A stretch of DNA of 64,000 nucleotides, from the NCBI GenBank assembly GCA_964540475.1, contig CAZIMC010000001.1, positions 204,056-268,055 of the forward strand, read 5' to 3'. Position numbers and translations under genes: made by a program. The notes below the pieces were generated by a model. That model made no database searches, was not told the origin of the DNA, and worked only from the letters and a program-made list of their open reading frames with translations. Origin of the DNA: an uncultured Gammaproteobacteria bacterium. Lineage in GTDB: Bacteria > Patescibacteriota > Microgenomatia > UBA8517. Shown here piece by piece: positions 8,403 through 16,955 of the stretch (position 1 is its first letter; each line of letters opens with the position of its first letter).

Positions 8403-9707
8403 ATGCAGACACCAAGAACAGAATTTGCACAAGCTTTGAAAGCTGTCGCGACAGAGCGAGGGCTAGATGCTAACGTGATCCTTGAAACCATAAAGCAGGC
8501 AATTATTGCTGCCTACAGAAGAGATGCAAGAGAAAGAGGCGAAGAGACCGACGACTTGGAGTTTGATGTAGAGCTTAATCCCAGTAATGGCGAGGCGCGG
8601 GTTTTTGCATGGCCGGCTCGTGTTGTTGAAACTCCGGAAGCTGTGGCAGAAGAAGGCGTAGAGGCTGATCTTCCTGAAGAGCCGGAAGAAGAAAAGAAAG
8701 CAAGACTTGCACAAAAACAGGACGTAACCCCTCCGGGATTTGGAAGAATTGCAGCGCAAACCGCAAAGCAGGTTATCCATCAAAAGATCCGCGAGGCAGA
8801 GAAAGATGCTATTTTGGGAGAATTTTCGGAGAGAGTTGGTAACCTGGTTTCGGGAATGATTCTGCGGTTTGATGGGCCCAATGTACGCATTGATATTGGA
8901 AGAACGGAAGGCATAATGCCCGCTGAGGAACGTATTCCAACTGAGAGGCTTAACCCCAACCAGAGGTTAACCTTCCTTCTAAAAGATATCAAAGAAACAC
9001 CAAGGGGCAGGGAAATTATTCTTTCAAGAGCCGAACCCTCATTTGTTGAAAAACTGTTTGCAAGAGAGGTTCCTGAAATTGCATCAGGGAGTGTGATAGT
9101 TAAAAAAGTTGCAAGGGAGGCCGGTGTTAGAACGAAAATCGTTGTCTCTTCTGGTCAGCCGGGTGTTGATCCGGTGGGATCATGTGTAGGTCAAAAAGGT
9201 GTTCGTGTTCAGGCAGTTACAAATGAATTGGGAGGAGAGCGCGTAGATATTATTCCCTGGAGCGAGGATATGGTTGAGCTTATTAAGGCCTCCCTTTCCC
9301 CCGCTGAGAACTTGAGTGTTACTTTGGATGAGGAAAACAAAACAGCTATTGTGTATGCACCGGAAGATCAACTTTCACTCGTAATCGGCAAGGATGGACA
9401 AAACGTTAGGCTGGCTGCAAAAATAACCGGTTGGAAGATCGAAGCCATTGGAACACCGGTTGAAAAAGAAGAACAAGCAGGACAGGTAGAAGAGGTAGAG
9501 CAAGTAGATGGCGAAAAAGAGCCAGAAACCGGAGATGTAAATGCAGAAAAGAATGAAAAAGTAGAACCTGAGAAAGAGATGGAAAAGGTTGAGAAAAAGG
9601 AAAAAACGACCGAGGATACACAAGCTGATCAGCAAGAGGAACATCAGGTAAATTCGAAAGCTTTAAGTGAGGCAGACGCTAGCGGCTCCCAAGAAGACGA
9701 ACAGTAA
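8403..9707 (+). CDS. nusA: Transcription termination/antitermination factor NusA with a long acidic Lys/Glu tail
   Basis: S1 and KH-domain region conserved (GIMPAEERIPTERLNPNQR...SGQPGVDPVGSCVGQKGVRVQAV). Confidence 0.92.
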   Translation: MQTPRTEFAQALKAVATERGLDANVILETIKQAIIAAYRRDARERGEETDDLEFDVELNPSNGEARVFAWPARVVETPEAVAEEGVEADLPEEPEEEKKARLAQKQDVTPPGFGRIAAQTAKQVIHQKIREAEKDAILGEFSERVGNLVSGMILRFDGPNVRIDIGRTEGIMPAEERIPTERLNPNQRLTFLLKDIKETPRGREIILSRAEPSFVEKLFAREVPEIASGSVIVKKVAREAGVRTKIVVSSGQPGVDPVGSCVGQKGVRVQAVTNELGGERVDIIPWSEDMVELIKASLSPAENLSVTLDEENKTAIVYAPEDQLSLVIGKDGQNVRLAAKITGWKIEAIGTPVEKEEQAGQVEEVEQVDGEKEPETGDVNAEKNEKVEPEKEMEKVEKKEKTTEDTQADQQEEHQVNSKALSEADASGSQEDEQ

Positions 9708-9739
9708 AATGAAAAGCCTATTGGGTTTAAATTTAAATT

Positions 9740-11125
9740 ATGGAAACTTTACGCGCACCAATTGTAGCAGTTTTAGGCCACGTTGATCATGGTAAGACCT
9801 CGCTTCTTGATGCAGTAAGAAAAACCAAAGTAGCTGCAGGTGAAGCGGGAGGGATTACGCAAAGTATTGGAGCCTCGGTGGTTGAAACTTCGGACAAGAA
9901 AAAAATAACATTTATCGATACTCCAGGTCACGCAGCCTTTGCCAAAATGCGCGCTAGAGGCGTGGGGTTGGCAGATATTGTAATACTTGTAGTTGCAGCC
10001 AACGATGGGCCAAAACCACAAACATTGGAGAGCTTAAATGCCATTCGTGAAACTAATACCCCTTTTATTGTGGCTATAACAAAAATGGATTTGCCTTCGG
10101 CAAACCCGGAGGCAGTTCATGGTCAACTCGAGAAAGAAGGGGTTCTCTTCGAGGGGCGTGGAGGACAAACCCCCTCAGTGCTAGTTTCTTCCAAAACCGG
10201 TGAGGGTATAGAGGAGCTATTGCAGATGATAAGTTTACTGGCAGAAGTAAACGGTGTGAAGGCAGATGAGGATGCGGACCTTGAAGCTGTTGTTATTGAA
10301 ACTCAAAAAGGAAAGGGTGGTCCACAAGTGTCGTTGGTGGTTAGAAACGGGAAGGTGTCAGTTGGTGACCTGATTTCAACAGATTCAGTTTCAGCAAAGG
10401 TTCGTGGAATTTTGAATGAGCGAGGCACACCAGTTAAGCAAATTTTACCTGGCGAGCCGGGACTCATATTGGGATTTTCGGAGCTACCCGTGGTTGGCGC
10501 TTTAGTTAAAAAAGGAGAAGCCACCTATCACAAATCGCATGACGTTGTTGCTAAAAGTCCTCCTACCAAAGCCGATGTTACGGTTTACTTAAAAGCTGAA
10601 AATGCCGGGTCCCTGGAAGCATTGGAAGCCTCCATTCCCGAAGGGGTTGCTGTGGTTGGTTCGTCTGTGGGCGCTGTAACGGAAACTGATGTTTTTATGG
10701 CTAAGGCGGCTGGAGCGTGGATATTTGTATTTCAAGCAAACGTGCCCTCTGGTGTTTCAAAGCTAGCCGAAACCGAAGGGGTGAATATTGAAAGCTATGA
10801 AATTATTTATGAACTTCTGCAGCGACTTGATGAGCTTATTAAAAAGGGGCAGGTGCAAGTTTTGGGAAAAGCACAAATCTTGGAAACTTTCCCTTTTAAT
10901 AACAAGAAGGTTGCGGGTTGTAAGGTCGTTGAAGGAAGGATCAATAAGATAGACAAGCTTTTGCTTATGCGCGAAGATAAAGAACTTGGTGGAACAAAAA
11001 TCGCATCAATCAGAAAACAAAAACAGGAAGTTAGTGAAGTTCGTGCAGGTGAAGAGTTTGGGGTGATTCTTGAACCACAGCTTGATTTTAAAGCTGGCGA
11101 TATGATACTATCGGTCGCAAAGTAA
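9740..11125 (+). CDS. infB: Translation initiation factor IF-2, minimal form (G domain onward)
   Basis: [24 protein letters not shown]1 motif, DTPGH, NKMD; only 461 aa, with no N-terminal extension. Confidence 0.92.
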   Translation: METLRAPIVAVLGHVDHGKTSLLDAVRKTKVAAGEAGGITQSIGASVVETSDKKKITFIDTPGHAAFAKMRARGVGLADIVILVVAANDGPKPQTLESLNAIRETNTPFIVAITKMDLPSANPEAVHGQLEKEGVLFEGRGGQTPSVLVSSKTGEGIEELLQMISLLAEVNGVKADEDADLEAVVIETQKGKGGPQVSLVVRNGKVSVGDLISTDSVSAKVRGILNERGTPVKQILPGEPGLILGFSELPVVGALVKKGEATYHKSHDVVAKSPPTKADVTVYLKAENAGSLEALEASIPEGVAVVGSSVGAVTETDVFMAKAAGAWIFVFQANVPSGVSKLAETEGVNIESYEIIYELLQRLDELIKKGQVQVLGKAQILETFPFNNKKVAGCKVVEGRINKIDKLLLMREDKELGGTKIASIRKQKQEVSEVRAGEEFGVILEPQLDFKAGDMILSVAK

Positions 11126-11128
11126 ATA

Positions 11129-11983
11129 ATGGATAACTCTTTTAAGAATTTAGTTGAATCTGCCAATGCAATAACAATTCTTTTGCCTCAAAACCCTTCA
11201 ATGGACGAAGTCGCCGCTGGGCTGTCCTTTTATTTGGCATTAAGAGATAAAAAGGAGGTTGCGGTTTCTTGTCCCACGCCAATGGTAGTTGAATTTAACA
11301 GACTTATTGGTGTAAACAAAGTTAGTTCGGACTTGGGAAACAAAAATTTAAGCATAAGATTTACGGATTACGAAGCTAGTGATATCGAGCGTGTAAGTTA
11401 TGATATCGAAAACGGACAGTTTAAGCTTACAGTTATCCCTAAACCGGGTTTGTCTGCACCCAAACAAGAACAGGTAGAGATGAACTATTCTGGGTTGGCG
11501 GGTGATACGGTAATATTGGTTGGTGGTAACTCGGCTGATGATTTTCCCGCTCTGTCTTCAAAAGACATGCTTTCTTCAAAAATAATTCACGTCGGAACAA
11601 AGACTTTGGCAACAAGCGGCGACAAGGCCCTACTCTCTTTTGACAGACCAGCCTCCGCGGTCAGTGAAATTGCCTACGCTTTGATTAGCGAAACTGGCGT
11701 AACCATTGACAGCGACGTGTCGACAAATCTTTTGGCTGGGATTGAAGCTGCCAGTCAAGGATTTAAAGCCGATGGTGTATCCGCTGAGACATTTGAGATC
11801 GTTGCCCATCTTTTACGTGCTGGCGGACAAAGACTTGTGCGAAATCAAAATAAGGAAACTTTCCCGGGCAACATTATACCCGGTCAGGCAGTTTTTGCAG
11901 GACCGGACGAACCCGAAGTTAAGGAAAATGCCCCACAAGATTGGCTCGGGCCAAAAGTATACAAAGGCACTTCGATAAGTTAA
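11129..11983 (+). CDS. DHH-family (NrnA-like) homolog with degenerate catalytic motifs
   Basis: PSMDEVAAGLSFYLAL aligns with the PDGDAIGSALAL motif I of NrnA-type phosphoesterases but lacks the Asp pair. No DHH motif found. It sits where ylxP/rbfA/truB normally lie between infB and rpsO. Confidence 0.4.
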   Translation: MDNSFKNLVESANAITILLPQNPSMDEVAAGLSFYLALRDKKEVAVSCPTPMVVEFNRLIGVNKVSSDLGNKNLSIRFTDYEASDIERVSYDIENGQFKLTVIPKPGLSAPKQEQVEMNYSGLAGDTVILVGGNSADDFPALSSKDMLSSKIIHVGTKTLATSGDKALLSFDRPASAVSEIAYALISETGVTIDSDVSTNLLAGIEAASQGFKADGVSAETFEIVAHLLRAGGQRLVRNQNKETFPGNIIPGQAVFAGPDEPEVKENAPQDWLGPKVYKGTSIS

Positions 11984-12081
11984 AAAGGCTTTGCATTTTG
12001 AATTTGTAAAATTGTGTGATATTATTCCCTAGATGTATACGCAGTTAACCGGTTAGCCGGCTACTTCGTTCCACACGACAT

Positions 12082-12351
12082 ATGGCACTAGTTAAAGACG
12101 AAAAACAAGATATAATTAAAAAGTTCGCACGAGAAAAGGGCGATACTGGTTCTCCTGAAGTTCAGATTGCACTACTCACCTACCAGATCGATAAGCTGGT
12201 AGCCCATTTGAAAGATCACAATAAAGATGTTCATTCAAGACGCGGACTATTATCGATGGTTGCAAAAAGGCGAAGACTATTAGGGTATTTAAGGAAAAAA
12301 GACGAAGAACGGCACAAAAAGTTGACCACAGAACTTAAATTAGAGAAATAA
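12082..12351 (+). CDS. rpsO: 30S ribosomal protein S15
   Basis: 89 aa; full-length S15 similarity ([27 protein letters not shown]). Confidence 0.95.
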   Translation: MALVKDEKQDIIKKFAREKGDTGSPEVQIALLTYQIDKLVAHLKDHNKDVHSRRGLLSMVAKRRRLLGYLRKKDEERHKKLTTELKLEK

Positions 12352-12416
12352 AAAGATTAGGTTACAGAATTCAAAACCAAGTTAAGGTAATTAGAATACA
12401 AGTTTATTAAAAGTTA

Positions 12417-14708
12417 ATGAAAAAGATCGAAAAAAGCATTGAGCTAGGGGGTAGAACCCTTACTTTAAAAGCGGGAATCTTAGCAGAACAAGCAACTTCA
12501 GCAGTTTTAGCCTCTTATGGTGATACGGTTGTTTTGGCTACAGTTGTATCTTCTCCTCAGAAAATGGACATTGGGTATTTCCCCCTTTATGTTGAATACC
12601 AAGAAAGGCTTTACGCGGGAGGAAGAATTAAAGGAAGCCGTTGGGTTAAAAGAGAAGGAAGACCGACCGATGAAGAAATATTGAATGGAAGATTGATAGA
12701 TAGATCAATTAGACCACTTTTCCCCAAAGAATACAAAGAAGAAGTTCAAGTTATGGTAACCGTTCTTTCGGTCGACCTCGAAAACGACCCCGGAATCTTA
12801 TCTGCAGTTGCTTGTTCGGCAGCATTGGCGGCATCGAGTATTCCATGGAAAGGGCCAGTGGGAGTTGTGAATGTAGGACTTAAAGACGGAACTTACTTTA
12901 CAAACCCAATCGACTCAGAGAAAAAATTCTCTGAACTTGACCTGGTGGTTTCGGCGACAAAAGAAGCAGTTTTAATGATTGAAGCGGGCGCAAACGAGGT
13001 TACCGAGGAAGAAATCCTGGGAGGCATAAAGCATGCGCAAGAAGAGATTGCGAAAATAAACACCTTTATTCAGGAATTTGCAGATGAAGTTGGACCTAAA
13101 AAGAAAGAAGTTAAAGAAACAAGTGCTTCCTCAGATTTAATTAAGCAAGTCAAGAAATTGGCTGAGCCTCAGATCCCGCAAATAATTGAGAACATGAATA
13201 AATTTGGCGGAGAGAGGTCAAGCGAGTACGAAGAATTGGTAAAGTCTGTATCCGAGGCTGTGTCTGAAGACAATAAGTCTTTAGTGTACGCAGTCGTAGA
13301 AGATTTAAAGAAGAAGTATATTAGAGAATTAATTCTTTCCGGCAAAAGAACCGATGGAAGAAAACATGATGAAATAAGGCCGCTTACGGCAATTGTAGGA
13401 GTGTTGCCACGAACACACGGCTCAGCAATATTTTCAAGGGGTGCAACCCAGGTTTTGACAGTTGCAACCTTGGGGGCTCCTTCAATGGGGCAACTTATTG
13501 AATCCGCTGAGGGAGAAGAAGAAAAAAGATATATGCATCACTATTCAATGCCTCCATATTCAACTGGTGAAGTAGGGAGAGTGGGGAGTCCTAATAGACG
13601 AGAGATTGGCCATGGTGCATTAGCAGAGCGTGCTTTAGAGCCAGTTATTCCCAGCGAAGAAGTTTTTCCGTATGCAATCCGTGTGGTTTCGGAAGTTATG
13701 AGCTCAAATGGATCAACTTCTATGGCTTCGGTGGTCGGTTCTACGCTTTCTTTGATGGATGCTGGAGTTCCTTTGACTGCGCCAGTTGCTGGTATTGCCA
13801 TGGGACTAATTCTCGATGAGAAAAAGCATGCAATACTATCTGACATTGCGGGAATTGAAGACTTTAATGGGGATATGGATTTCAAGGTTGCAGGAACTGC
13901 CAAGGGAGTTACCGCACTTCAACTTGATGTTAAGACATTGAATCTGACATTACCTGTTCTTGAGGAAGCGTTTGCTCAAGCTAAAAAGGGAAGAGAGCAT
14001 ATTATGGAGGCAATTCTGAAAGCAATTCCCGAGTCAAGAAAGCAAGTTTCTAACTTTGCGCCAAAAATTAAAGTTGTCAAAGTTCCGGTTGAGAAGATTG
14101 GGGAAGTTATTGGTCCAGGTGGGAAAATGATCAAAAAGATTATTGCCGAAACTGGCGCACAGGTTGAGGTTGAGGATGACGGGAGCGTTAACATCTCAGC
14201 CCAAGATGAGAGCGCCTTAGAGAAAGCAGTAACTTGGGTTGAATCACTGGTCAAAGAAGTAGCAGCTGGTGAAATTTACGAAGGAACAGTTAAAAGAATT
14301 CAACCGTTTGGAGCATTTGTTGAAGTTTTGCCAGGCAAGGAAGGCTTGGTACATGTGTCAGATATGGGAGAAGAGTTTGTTAAAGACCCGAACGATGTGG
14401 TAAGCGAAGGCGACACGGTCCAGGTCAGAGTCAAGGAAATTGATAATTTGGGAAGAATCAATCTATCAATGAGGATGGATCCTTCAAAAGATGCACCCAA
14501 GGAGGAGAGAAGCGACAGAGGGTTCTCCCGAGGTGGACGAGGAGGTTTTGGTGACCGAGACAGAAGGGGCGGAGGAAGAGGTTTTGGGGGTGACAGGCGA
14601 GGCGGGGGTTCACGGGGCGGCAGACAAAGCTTTGGTGACCGACCAAGCGGTCCTCACTTCCCTACTAGTAGATACTTGGACGACAAGAAAAAAAACTTCG
14701 ACAGATAA
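12417..14708 (+). CDS. pnp: Polyribonucleotide nucleotidyltransferase (PNPase) with a C-terminal RGG/Gly-Arg-rich tail
   Basis: Two RNase PH domains, then KH and S1 (GEIYEGTVKRIQPFGAFVE). The last ~70 aa are RGGRGGFGDRDRRGGGRGFGG repeats. Confidence 0.95.
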   Translation: MKKIEKSIELGGRTLTLKAGILAEQATSAVLASYGDTVVLATVVSSPQKMDIGYFPLYVEYQERLYAGGRIKGSRWVKREGRPTDEEILNGRLIDRSIRPLFPKEYKEEVQVMVTVLSVDLENDPGILSAVACSAALAASSIPWKGPVGVVNVGLKDGTYFTNPIDSEKKFSELDLVVSATKEAVLMIEAGANEVTEEEILGGIKHAQEEIAKINTFIQEFADEVGPKKKEVKETSASSDLIKQVKKLAEPQIPQIIENMNKFGGERSSEYEELVKSVSEAVSEDNKSLVYAVVEDLKKKYIRELILSGKRTDGRKHDEIRPLTAIVGVLPRTHGSAIFSRGATQVLTVATLGAPSMGQLIESAEGEEEKRYMHHYSMPPYSTGEVGRVGSPNRREIGHGALAERALEPVIPSEEVFPYAIRVVSEVMSSNGSTSMASVVGSTLSLMDAGVPLTAPVAGIAMGLILDEKKHAILSDIAGIEDFNGDMDFKVAGTAKGVTALQLDVKTLNLTLPVLEEAFAQAKKGREHIMEAILKAIPESRKQVSNFAPKIKVVKVPVEKIGEVIGPGGKMIKKIIAETGAQVEVEDDGSVNISAQDESALEKAVTWVESLVKEVAAGEIYEGTVKRIQPFGAFVEVLPGKEGLVHVSDMGEEFVKDPNDVVSEGDTVQVRVKEIDNLGRINLSMRMDPSKDAPKEERSDRGFSRGGRGGFGDRDRRGGGRGFGGDRRGGGSRGGRQSFGDRPSGPHFPTSRYLDDKKKNFDR

Positions 14709-14782
14709 CAACTTCGTGATACTATAAATTAGAAGCATCAGACCTTAGAGCCATGCTATTGCTGGATTCTAATTTATTTTTA

Positions 14783-14803
14783 AACATCTAGAGTTTAGAT
14801 GTT
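14783..14803 (+). other. Perfect 8-bp hairpin AACATCTA-GAGTT-TAGATGTT between pnp and the Lon-like gene
   Basis: Inverted repeat read directly; no trailing T tract. Confidence 0.3.
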
Positions 14804-14835
14804 CGAAATTAAAATTATTAGTAAAATTTAAAATT

Positions 14836-15882
14836 ATGGATACTGCCGCACAGGAAATTAACCTTCTTTCCCAACAAGTTGGGCAAACTCAGATTCCAGA
14901 AAAACTAAAAGAGTCGATAATTCTTAGGCTTGGCCAACTCGGGAAACTTACTCAATCACCAACTTTTTTGCCTGAATTTGACAGAGTTAATAAATATATT
15001 CAGTGGGTCATAAAAATTCCCTGGAATAATAAGACTCAAGATATTTTAAATATCGAAACGGCCAAAGCAATCTTAGACAAAAACCATTTTGGTTTAACAG
15101 ATATTAAGGAGCGCATTCTTGAATATGTTTCTGTAATGAAACTAAAGCAGGAGAGAGGAGAGGGACAGGATATTTACCGTGCGCCTATTTTGTTTTTTGT
15201 TGGTCTGGCGGGTACCGGAAAAACTACAATCGCAATCTCAATTGCCGAGGCTCTTGGGCGTAAGTTTGCAAGAATCCCTTTTGGCGGGATGGGTAGTCCG
15301 TTTGATTTACGGGGGCAGTCACGCATGCATCCTGAGGCAGAACCTGGAAATGTTATTAAGGCATTGGTTGATGTTGGTTCTAGAAACCCAGTAATTTTAC
15401 TCGATGAAATTGACAGGGTTACCGATGATGGCCGTTCCTCCATAATGGGTGTACTATTGGAACTACTAGACCCGGGACAGAATAAAGACTTTATTGACCA
15501 CTATATTGACTACCCTGTTAACTTATCAGAGGTTTTATTTGTTGCAACGGGAAATAATACTACCCACGTTTCAACAGCGGTTTTGGATAGGTTGGAGCCA
15601 ATTTCAATGCCCAGTTATACCGATTTGGAGAAAATCACAATTGCAAGGCAATATGTGTTGCCGAAACTAATAAAGCTTTCCGGGGTCCCGGAAAATGCTT
15701 TGGTAATTGATGAGAATGTATGGCCGAACATTGTGCGGCCATTGGGTTTTGATGCCGGAATCAGAACTTTAGAGCGCACTATCGAGGGAATAGTAAGGAA
15801 AGTGGCTCGGGCAATTGTCGAAGGAAAAGGTCACACCTTCCATATAACTTCAGATAATGTTAAACAGTTTTTGCCATTGTAA
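14836..15882 (+). CDS. Lon-like AAA+ ATPase module; no N-terminal substrate domain and no protease domain
   Basis: Collinear with the Lon helical linker plus AAA+ region (IQWVIKIPWNNKT, HFGLTDIKERILEYV, Walker A GLAGTGKTT, Walker B ILLDEIDRV, sensor-2 region). The ORF stops where the Lon protease domain would begin. Confidence 0.75.
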   Translation: MDTAAQEINLLSQQVGQTQIPEKLKESIILRLGQLGKLTQSPTFLPEFDRVNKYIQWVIKIPWNNKTQDILNIETAKAILDKNHFGLTDIKERILEYVSVMKLKQERGEGQDIYRAPILFFVGLAGTGKTTIAISIAEALGRKFARIPFGGMGSPFDLRGQSRMHPEAEPGNVIKALVDVGSRNPVILLDEIDRVTDDGRSSIMGVLLELLDPGQNKDFIDHYIDYPVNLSEVLFVATGNNTTHVSTAVLDRLEPISMPSYTDLEKITIARQYVLPKLIKLSGVPENALVIDENVWPNIVRPLGFDAGIRTLERTIEGIVRKVARAIVEGKGHTFHITSDNVKQFLPL

Positions 15883-16349
15883 TGAAAGTGGTGGTAGTTG
15901 GCGACTCACATGGGAATATTGCTAACTTAAAACATGCGTTGGGTTTTGCAAAACACATTAATGCAAGGGTAGTAATTCACACCGGCGATTGGGACAATTT
16001 GGAAGCTGTAAAGATTGTTTTAGACGCCGGCCTTGACATATATACAGTTGCCGGGAACGCTGACATAGATCCGAGGGTTGTGGAAAGCCTGAGGCTAAAT
16101 GCCAACGGATTTAGCAAAGATATATTAAAAATCGAAATCAATAGAAGAAAAATTGGCCTGGTTCATTCGTTTAAAGTGGGTGGCGATTGGTATAAAAATT
16201 GCGATATCGTATTTTGCGGACACAGACACTCACAGGATGAAAGAATGGTAGACGGAATAAAAGTGGTTAGGCCGGGAAGTTTAGCTACTGAAATCGCTTT
16301 CGCCATTTACGACGTTGTGACCAATGAAGTAGAATTCATAAGTGAATAA
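15882..16349 (+). CDS. Metallophosphoesterase, YfcE/MJ0936 family
   Basis: VVGDSHGN, HTGDWDN, GNAD and CGHRH motifs. Its ATG overlaps the upstream stop (ATGA). Confidence 0.8.
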   Translation: MKVVVVGDSHGNIANLKHALGFAKHINARVVIHTGDWDNLEAVKIVLDAGLDIYTVAGNADIDPRVVESLRLNANGFSKDILKIEINRRKIGLVHSFKVGGDWYKNCDIVFCGHRHSQDERMVDGIKVVRPGSLATEIAFAIYDVVTNEVEFISE

Positions 16350-16951
16350 TGGATAAAGAAACCAAACTGAATAAATTAAAAGAGAAAATGCTTGCAGATG
16401 ACACACTTCCTCTGAAGAAAGGTGCGACCAATCTGGTCTTTGGTGTAGGTAACGCCGATACCAAAATACTTTTTATAGGCGAGGGACCAGGCTTTTGGGA
16501 AGACCAAAAAGCGGAACCGTTTGTGGGTAATGCCGGTAAACTTCTTGACCGGGGACTTTTGGCTATTAAACTACCAAGGGAAAGTGTCTATATAACAAAT
16601 GTAGTTCACCACCGGCCGCCGAGAAACCGCGATCCTCTCCCAGAAGAACTTGAAGCGTATGGGAAGTATTTGGATAAAATTATTGAAATAATCGACCCGA
16701 AAGTTATTGTTACGCTGGGGCGTTTTTCGATGGGTAAATTTATCCCCAACGTAAAAATTACAGGTGTACATGGAGCCCCCCATAAGGTAAAATGGAGGAG
16801 TAGGAATTTAACAGTAGTTCCTATGTTTCATCCTGCAGCAGCCCTCAGGAATGGTAATGTGATGCAAATGTTTAAAGAAGATTTTTTAAAACTTCCCGAA
16901 TTGCTTAAAGAGGTAAATAAGCCAGATGTTAAACAGATGAAGTTGGTTTAA
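16349..16951 (+). CDS. Uracil-DNA glycosylase, family 4
   Basis: Motif A GEGPGFWEDQKAEPFVGNAG and motif B FHPAAALRN. Confidence 0.8.
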   Translation: MDKETKLNKLKEKMLADDTLPLKKGATNLVFGVGNADTKILFIGEGPGFWEDQKAEPFVGNAGKLLDRGLLAIKLPRESVYITNVVHHRPPRNRDPLPEELEAYGKYLDKIIEIIDPKVIVTLGRFSMGKFIPNVKITGVHGAPHKVKWRSRNLTVVPMFHPAAALRNGNVMQMFKEDFLKLPELLKEVNKPDVKQMKLV

Positions 16952-16955
16952 TATT

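Noticed and set aside
8463-9644. Multiple 60-106-aa minus-strand ORFs inside nusA (8463-8783, 8780-8992, 9375-9644) and similar ones inside rpoB, rpoC, pnp, fusA
   Set aside because: They are antisense to strongly supported conserved genes and have skewed, low-complexity composition.
12009-12081. Possible rpsO autoregulatory leader structure (TTGCAT...TGTGATATTAT promoter and CCGG-TTAG-CCGG hairpin)
   Set aside because: The promoter-like hexamers are plausible, but the hairpin is only 4 bp and I cannot support a pseudoknot from sequence alone.
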